Virus record (IMG/VR): IMGVR_UViG_3300005842_000001 | Span: 1 to 64,000 of that record | DNA: 64,000 bases | Origin: a virus | Direction: 5' to 3' (one strand) | Part shown: one piece after another, positions 58,262 through 64,000 of the stretch | How positions within the stretch are numbered: the first letter of the stretch is position 1 | Layout of the letters: every line of letters begins with the position of its first letter | Made by a program: the position numbers and the translations under genes | Notes under the pieces: model-generated | The model's input: only the letters and a program-made list of their open reading frames with translations | The model's database searches: none | What the model was told of the DNA's origin: nothing

Positions 58262-58468
58262 ATGGCTAGCAGATACACGATCTTCAGCTTGGATGACAAG
58301 ACGGTAAAAAAGCTGAATGAGATAACAAGAAAAGTGAAACTTGGCAAGCGTAATAATCGGAGCTTCGCCGTTCGCGCTCTGATCGACTATTGCAGTGACC
58401 CGAAGATCACCGCACTGGTAGCAAAGAAAGTCAAGGAAATAGCTGAATTGGAGTTGGCTAAAGCGTAG
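58262..58468 (+). CDS. ribbon-helix-helix-like transcriptional regulator
   Basis: YTIFSLDD.TV.KL.E......NRS.AVR.LI pattern; first gene after a promoter-like motif. Confidence 0.55.
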   Translation: MASRYTIFSLDDKTVKKLNEITRKVKLGKRNNRSFAVRALIDYCSDPKITALVAKKVKEIAELELAKA

Positions 58469-58485
58469 CACTTTTTCTTGGTGTC

Positions 58486-58875
58486 ATGATGACAAAGGCA
58501 GATAAGCAACCGACATTGTTTGGTGATTTTGACAATGCTGCAAAAGCACAAGCAGCAAAAAGAAATCAGGTGGTGGCAGATGCTGCCAAGCAACAGCGGC
58601 TGGTGTATGGTTTCATCACCAGCAAAGGGCTGATCGGTGCGACTGACAACGAAGGCATTGAGTATTTCAGAGAGCATTTCAAAGCAGAATGGCCCACTGT
58701 CGAGAATGGCTACCGTGCGAGACGTGGCGAGCTAGCTGAAGACACTTTTATTGAAAAACATCCCATTCCACGCATAGCGGGCCGACGATCACATACCGTC
58801 TGGATCGATGCAAAGTTGCTGCCTGATGCTATCAGAGCAGCCGAGTTAGTTTCTACCCCAAGCAAGGAGGACTGA
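58486..58875 (+). CDS. winged-helix-like phage protein
   Basis: G.TD.E.......R.RR.EL.....I.....R....VW pattern. Confidence 0.55.
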   Translation: MMTKADKQPTLFGDFDNAAKAQAAKRNQVVADAAKQQRLVYGFITSKGLIGATDNEGIEYFREHFKAEWPTVENGYRARRGELAEDTFIEKHPIPRIAGRRSHTVWIDAKLLPDAIRAAELVSTPSKED

Positions 58876-58877
58876 GT

Positions 58878-59072
58878 ATGCTCGTGCTAAGCCGAAAAAA
58901 ACATGAAGCGATCATCATCAATGACAACATCACAATCAGTGTGGTTGAGATACGGGGCGACAAAGTGAGGATCGGTATCGTTGCGCCGAAAGAAGTGCCA
59001 GTGCATCGTCAAGAAGTGTATGAGGCGATTCACGAAAAAGAATCTTCCAGAAATCTGTTGCAGCCTGCCTGA
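58878..59072 (+). CDS. csrA: carbon storage regulator CsrA
   Basis: MLVLSRKK.E.IIIND.I...VVEIRGDKVRIGI.APKEV.VHR.EVY. Confidence 0.95.
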   Translation: MLVLSRKKHEAIIINDNITISVVEIRGDKVRIGIVAPKEVPVHRQEVYEAIHEKESSRNLLQPA

Positions 59073-59285
59073 CTAGATATATATTTAGTCGCAAGGTCTG
59101 GAAGGCATGAAAAACGCACCCCCTCTTGCCGATTCATGGTGATTGGTATTGCTCAGTCCGTGAGATGTAAAAGCCCCCATGAATACGATCAAGCGAATCC
59201 TTCGACGACTGCAAAGCACGGTCGGCAATCGTGCCTCTTCAGTGGGTGTGGATCAGACCTTTTACACTTTTCATAAAGGGACAAA

Positions 59286-60191
59286 ATGCTAACAGGAGAA
59301 GATAGGCTAGCATGGCTCATTGAGCGACGAAAAGGCATCGGGGCATCTGATGCCGCTAGCATCATGGGTGTAGGTAAATGGGGAACTGCCCTCAGTGTGT
59401 GGCTCGACAAGACGAGCGATGAACCACCGAAGGAAGAGAGTGAAGAGACTCAATTCCAGCGGGGTAATTTTTTTGAGCCAGTCTGTGCAAGGCTCTATGC
59501 CAACAAGACTGGCGAAGACTTATACAAGCCAGCGCCGATACTCTGGCACGACGATCTGGACTGGATGTATGCTTCACTTGATTATCGCCGCAAGAGCGAT
59601 CACCGGCCTATCGAGTGCAAGACGACACGAACTATGGAAGAGTTCGGAGAGCCTGATTCAGATCAAGTGCCAGCCTATTATGCGATTCAAGCCCAGCAGC
59701 AAATGGAAGTTGCCGACCAGCCGTTTGTAGACTTCTCTGTTCTCTGCGGGTTCGATCACTTCATTTACACAGTGAAGCGAAACTATGAAATTGCCGCCAT
59801 GATCATCGAAGTAGGAGGGCAGTTCTGGGAGAACGTCAAGTCAAGAATTCAGCCCGATATAGATTGGGCTCACAAAACCACGCCAGAACTGATGAAGACG
59901 CTGTACCAAAAGGTAAAGCGCCGTACCATCACACTCGGCGGCGAAGCCGTCTTGCTTCACGATCAGTATGAGCAACTGAAGCTGGAAGAGAAGACAGCAA
60001 AGGAAGCAAAGGAATTGATACATGCGAAGATGAAGGCTTTGATGGGTGAAGCCGATGTAGCCGAGTTGTCAGACGGATCGAAATGGACTAGGGCTGAAAT
60101 CAAAAACCCAGGGTACACGGTTGCACCGTTTACCTACATCACTCTTACCCCAAGACGTTCTAAAGCACAGAAAGCGAACGGTGGCCAATGA
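59286..60191 (+). CDS. YqaJ-like (lambda-exonuclease family) recombination nuclease
   Basis: WL..RR.GIGASD.A.I.G, G...E, ASLD...IECKT, VP.YY..Q.QQQM.V. Confidence 0.9.
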   Translation: MLTGEDRLAWLIERRKGIGASDAASIMGVGKWGTALSVWLDKTSDEPPKEESEETQFQRGNFFEPVCARLYANKTGEDLYKPAPILWHDDLDWMYASLDYRRKSDHRPIECKTTRTMEEFGEPDSDQVPAYYAIQAQQQMEVADQPFVDFSVLCGFDHFIYTVKRNYEIAAMIIEVGGQFWENVKSRIQPDIDWAHKTTPELMKTLYQKVKRRTITLGGEAVLLHDQYEQLKLEEKTAKEAKELIHAKMKALMGEADVAELSDGSKWTRAEIKNPGYTVAPFTYITLTPRRSKAQKANGGQ

Positions 60192-61585
60192 GTTCAGGTA
60201 ATCAGAATGTGAACGCCAACGAGCCAGATCAGGATTTCATTGATGCTGAGCATACTGTCTCAGATTCTATCGTTCAGCTTCCAAGTAACCTTGGGACGAT
60301 CCAGCGGGCTGAAATCGATCAGCAGATTGCTACCGCCAAGCGATACCCACGCAAGGTAAGCGAAGTTCTGAAAGAAGCTCAGTCGATGGCATGCGAAGAC
60401 GAGAAAACCGCCATGACGATGTATTACAACATTCCACGAGGCGGGAAGAATATCGAAGGCCCAAGCATTCGACTTGCTGAAGTGATTGCTTCAACGTGGG
60501 GCAACTTGCGGGTACAAGCTCGAATCGTTGAAAGCTCTGATGACTTCGTAACTGTTCAAGCAATGTGCCACGATCTTGAGCGCAATACCGCAGTGAGTGT
60601 TGAGAAGAGAAGACGTGTCACGAAAAAGAAAACAGCGAAGCGCCCAGACGCTGATGATATTAACATTGCCGGGCTTGCTGGTATGTCGATAGCTTTAAGG
60701 GATGCTGTCTTCAAAGTTGTGCCAAGAGTGTATGTTGATCGAATCATGTTAGCTGCTCAGCGCGTTGGCCTGGGAGACGCCAAGAGCGTTTCAGCAAGTC
60801 GTCAAACATGGTTTGAATACTTTGCCAAAATGCGGATAAAGCCAGAGCAGATTTTCGCTGCTCTTGGTGTTGCAGGCATGGAGGATGTTGGCGTGGAAGA
60901 GATGGTCAAGTTGAGGGGTTATGCTACAGCGATCAAAGATGGTGAAGCGAAGCTAGAAAACGTGTTTCCGCCTCTTGAGCTTCCCAATGACAAGCCCAAG
61001 GGCAATGATGCCACGTTGAATGCCATCAAAGAAAAGCAGCCAGCGAAGCCAGCAGAGACAGCCACCAAACCTGCTACGCCAGCGCCAGAAGCTGAGAAGC
61101 CGAAGGAAGCAGCAAAGATGCCTCCTGTTCAAAAACCTGCCCCTAAACAAGAGCCAGCGAAGCCAGCACCGACGCCAGCGCCAGTCAAAGAGCATGAGCC
61201 GCCGCCCGTTGCTGAAGTGGCATCGCCGAAAGAGGTAGAAGAATCGCCTAGCGAGATTGATGACAGAGAAGAGACGCCAGCTTGGTATGATAACTGGATC
61301 ACTACTATTGCCGCCATGTCTCCGAAGACCTGGGAGAGGACAAGGCAATGTCTAAATACTCTTGTTGGGCAGATTAAAGAAGAAATCAATGCTCACCAGA
61401 AGCCGCACTACGAAGAGCTTATCAAGCTCTGGGCTGAGCGTGTCGCTGAAATGTGCGACAAGCCAAGTATGCTCCTCGTTGCTGAATCAGTAGTCAAGCC
61501 TTTAGAGAAAGTCTTGACGCCGGCAAGTTATGCCCATGTGGTCGACGTTCTGGCAAAGAAGAAAGCGGCTGCAAGTCAATCGTAG
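60188..61585 (+). CDS. single-strand annealing/recombinase partner of YqaJ (putative)
   Basis: Coupled to YqaJ; AEID.QI.TAK.YPR..Y.IPRGGK.IEGPSIRLAE.IA..WGN motif; P/A/K/E-rich linker. Confidence 0.6.
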   Translation: MSSGNQNVNANEPDQDFIDAEHTVSDSIVQLPSNLGTIQRAEIDQQIATAKRYPRKVSEVLKEAQSMACEDEKTAMTMYYNIPRGGKNIEGPSIRLAEVIASTWGNLRVQARIVESSDDFVTVQAMCHDLERNTAVSVEKRRRVTKKKTAKRPDADDINIAGLAGMSIALRDAVFKVVPRVYVDRIMLAAQRVGLGDAKSVSASRQTWFEYFAKMRIKPEQIFAALGVAGMEDVGVEEMVKLRGYATAIKDGEAKLENVFPPLELPNDKPKGNDATLNAIKEKQPAKPAETATKPATPAPEAEKPKEAAKMPPVQKPAPKQEPAKPAPTPAPVKEHEPPPVAEVASPKEVEESPSEIDDREETPAWYDNWITTIAAMSPKTWERTRQCLNTLVGQIKEEINAHQKPHYEELIKLWAERVAEMCDKPSMLLVAESVVKPLEKVLTPASYAHVVDVLAKKKAAASQS

Positions 61586-61612
61586 TTCAGCAGGGGTGCC
61601 TCTCTGCTGTCG

Positions 61613-61648
61613 AGGGTGGGAGCGTTTTAATAGCGGCGCTCCCACCCT
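61613..61648. other. 12-bp inverted repeat hairpin upstream of the replication gene
   Basis: AGGGTGGGAGCG...CGCTCCCACCCT; no strong T tract. Confidence 0.6.
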
Positions 61649-61669
61649 TCCAGCTTCTCAAAAACAAGG

Positions 61670-62602
61670 ATGATCGACGTGGCATTCGTTGACTGGATCA
61701 AAGTCGAACACACGACACCGAACAAGCAAGAGCTTTTCAAAATTGCAAAAATACTGAAGCTCGAACCCGATAGCGTTCTGGGAAAGGTCGTTCGTTTCTG
61801 GATATGGGCTGATCAGAACACCGAGGACGGTAACACAATTGTAACAGATTTATGTTACATAGATCATGTGGTTAACTTCAATGGTTTTGGTTCAGCACTT
61901 CTTGAGACTGGATGGATTGAACGCCTGGGCGAAAACTTCGTCATTCCTAGATTCGATAGACATAACTCGGAATCAGCTAAAAAACGAGCTAATACTCTTA
62001 GAAGAGTGCAAAAGCATAGATCGGCTGGTAACGCTTCTGTAACAAAACCGACGTTACAAAAACCTCAGAAAAATGTTACACTCTCTTCGTCTCCGTCTCC
62101 GTCAGTGTCTCCGTTAGAAAAAGAGGAAGAAAAAATACCAATCACAGATGATGAATTTAAAAAAACGGTCGATCAGTTTGAAACTTACACGGAAGACGAG
62201 TTTACTGGTAAGCCGCCAGCACCGCCGCAAGATCGCCAGGGTGAGCCAGAATCGACGTACCACCCGATCATCGCTGAGTTCGACGACGAGACGAAAGAAC
62301 AGGCTACAGCGTTCGTGGTGTGGTATCAGGAGCGAAGATTTTGCCAGCCGATCACACACACTGAGCAGTACCGCCGAGACTTGCGATCTGTCGCCGGTGC
62401 CATTCGAGCGTTCAAAAAACAAAAGCCTTGGGAGAAGTTGGCCGGTTACATGGCGAACCCGCCCGACGATCACCCGACCGACGTTAAGATTTTCCAGATT
62501 CTTGGTTATCTCGGGCTCGTCACTTCGCTACCAACTCAGAACACTCGACAGCAGGACGACGAGGCGAAGGCCATGGCGATCTTGAAAGGGGGCAAGTCAT
62601 GA
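61670..62602 (+). CDS. phage replication initiator / replisome organizer
   Basis: DWIKVE..TP.K.E..IA..L...G...R.W.WAD, GF..AL...GW..P.F.RHN..SAK.R motif; internal iteron-like repeats. Confidence 0.8.
   Translation: MIDVAFVDWIKVEHTTPNKQELFKIAKILKLEPDSVLGKVVRFWIWADQNTEDGNTIVTDLCYIDHVVNFNGFGSALLETGWIERLGENFVIPRFDRHNSESAKKRANTLRRVQKHRSAGNASVTKPTLQKPQKNVTLSSSPSPSVSPLEKEEEKIPITDDEFKKTVDQFETYTEDEFTGKPPAPPQDRQGEPESTYHPIIAEFDDETKEQATAFVVWYQERRFCQPITHTEQYRRDLRSVAGAIRAFKKQKPWEKLAGYMANPPDDHPTDVKIFQILGYLGLVTSLPTQNTRQQDDEAKAMAILKGGKS
61829..62135. repeat. iteron-like GTAAC/GTTAC repeats, candidate replication origin
   Basis: GGTAAC-N5-TGTAACA-N6/7-YGTTACA at 61829-61859 and 62027-62058, extra TGTTACA at 62074, then an A-rich tract. 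Confidence 0.6.
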
Positions 62603-63363
62603 CGAGCGAAGAGCTGATGGAGTTCAACAAACTCTATGCTTCACAGATGAACACAACACTTGAGACAGCAGCGAAGGTCATGGAACCTTGGCTACATCGA
62701 TTCAATCAATGCACGTTCTCTGCTGTCAAAGATGCGTTCATGGCGTTGCTGATGGAAGAGAGCATGCCGAAAGAAAATCATCAGCGCATGGTTGCACTGA
62801 TCAAGAGAGTCAGAAAAGAAGTGCCGAGAGAGGAAGAGTCACCAGACAAGAATGCTCGCGCCCCCGACGACAGCTATTCGACGTGGTGCAATCGCTGCTA
62901 TGACGGCATTATCTATGTCCCGCATCTTCACAACTTTGTCAACGGCCAGTGGTGGAAGGGCGAGTATGACATGGTGGTGAGATGCGTTTGCAGTCGTGGG
63001 TGGAAGTACGGCAAGATGATGAACATCGACGACTATGAACGCCAGCGCCCAAACTGGCGAGATGAAGTACCGATCAGGAAGATGGACTTCAGAATCAAAT
63101 ACACACAAGCACGCCTTCAAGAAGTGATCGGCGGCAACGACAGAGTGGCTATCGAGCATTGGGAGTCGAGATGTGTCATTGCTGGTCGTGAGTACGATAT
63201 ATATACAGAAGAACAGAAAAAGAAAGCACGAGTAGACGAACCAGTTCCTATGTTCCTTCAAGGAGAGTTAGATGAGCAGCAAGAAAGCCAAGCCAGCGAA
63301 AGTGGATCAGCACACCGAGAAGCTGACACGCAAAATGAAAATCATAAGGAGCTTGCAAGCTGA
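62599..63363 (+). CDS. putative helicase loader-like / Zn-finger replication accessory protein
   Basis: ATGA-coupled to the initiator; CNRC.DG...RC.C..G Zn motif. Confidence 0.5.
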   Translation: MTSEELMEFNKLYASQMNTTLETAAKVMEPWLHRFNQCTFSAVKDAFMALLMEESMPKENHQRMVALIKRVRKEVPREEESPDKNARAPDDSYSTWCNRCYDGIIYVPHLHNFVNGQWWKGEYDMVVRCVCSRGWKYGKMMNIDDYERQRPNWRDEVPIRKMDFRIKYTQARLQEVIGGNDRVAIEHWESRCVIAGREYDIYTEEQKKKARVDEPVPMFLQGELDEQQESQASESGSAHREADTQNENHKELAS

Positions 63364-64000
63364 TCTGGTATCACTCGACAAAGAGCAAGAGGAGAAAGAT
63401 GCTGCCATAGCGTCTGCTACCGAAGAGCTTCACAAGTTCTCTGAAGCTGATCTTGAAGGCGATGAGCTATTTCGAGTGAAGTTCAAACACAAGAAACAAC
63501 TCTTGCAGCGAACGAAGCGCGCCATGGACGTAGCCAAGAGCAAATGGGAGAAGCTCAAGAAAGATCGCAATCAGTTGATCGATGATCTGATTGAACTCGA
63601 CAAGGGTTCGCTGGAAGATTCGTTGCCACTGATCGTGCAAAGCAAGTTGACGAAAGACCCTGACAACGCCTGGAAGGATGTGCCAGTCTCGCATCTCAAA
63701 CAACATGGGCTGGCAGAGTCGATCATCGAACATTTTCAGACTCACGGCATCGACACACTCGGCAAGGTCGAAGAGTTCAGAAAAAAGCACGAGGTCAGCA
63801 CTCTCGACAACATCACTGAGACGATGGAAAAGAAGTTCGACGCTGCACGAGATGAGTTTCTTGAAGCCTACAACTCTTTCCTGACCGGCGAAGAGGAAGG
63901 GGATGAAGCTGAAGCGGAGAAGAAGGAACTCACCATCGACGATCTGAAGCTGTCAGAAGACGTGATCGACAAGCTGAAAGCTGAAGGCATCGCCAGCGTC
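63272..64000 (+). CDS. partial protein, coiled-coil plus RNAP alpha-CTD/HhH-like repeats (runs off window)
   Basis: Read manually from ATG 63272 (AAGGAG RBS): MSSKKAKPAK...VSHLKQHGLAESIIEHFQTHGIDTLG...TIDDLKLSEDVIDKLKAEGIASV; no stop before the window end. Confidence 0.65.
   Translation, partial: MSSKKAKPAKVDQHTEKLTRKMKIIRSLQADLVSLDKEQEEKDAAIASATEELHKFSEADLEGDELFRVKFKHKKQLLQRTKRAMDVAKSKWEKLKKDRNQLIDDLIELDKGSLEDSLPLIVQSKLTKDPDNAWKDVPVSHLKQHGLAESIIEHFQTHGIDTLGKVEEFRKKHEVSTLDNITETMEKKFDAARDEFLEAYNSFLTGEEEGDEAEAEKKELTIDDLKLSEDVIDKLKAEGIASV

Noticed and set aside
59073-59285. CsrB/RsmZ-like sRNA next to csrA
   Set aside because: Only a few scattered GGA triplets and no repeated GGA hairpins; the region looks like a promoter plus leader.

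Overview
The window is almost certainly part of a tailed dsDNA (Caudoviricetes) phage or prophage genome, nearly all coded on the + strand. The host is probably a planctomycete, inferred from a TIGR03000-like secreted domain, CsrA and several signal-peptide/Pro-rich proteins. Layout: (1) 1-17.8 kb, early/accessory genes: HsdM-like methylase, HD nucleotidase, Mom/XF1762-like protein, Gp37Gp68/DUF5131 flanked by HNH-like and antisense LAGLIDADG endonucleases, DUF1643, DnaQ exonuclease, ASCH-like and SEC-C proteins. (2) 17.9-51.7 kb, morphogenesis: terminase, a giant portal-MuF fusion, Mu-like protease/scaffold, decoration protein, major capsid, tail tube, frameshifting tail chaperones, tape measure and tail tip. 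(3) An initiator tRNA-fMet and a cluster of exported proteins around a papain-like peptidase. (4) CsrA, YqaJ recombination and replication genes. Most notable is the 1435-aa portal polyprotein (portal + C39-like peptidase + 2H/Acb1-like phosphoesterase + MuF). Its domains are separated by F-S-acidic linkers that also recur in the protease/scaffold. Its MuF motif is split by an intein whose candidate homing endonuclease (HTH + DUF559/Vsr-like) is encoded on the opposite strand with its own candidate promoter and RBS. All family assignments come from motif recognition by eye; no searches were run.
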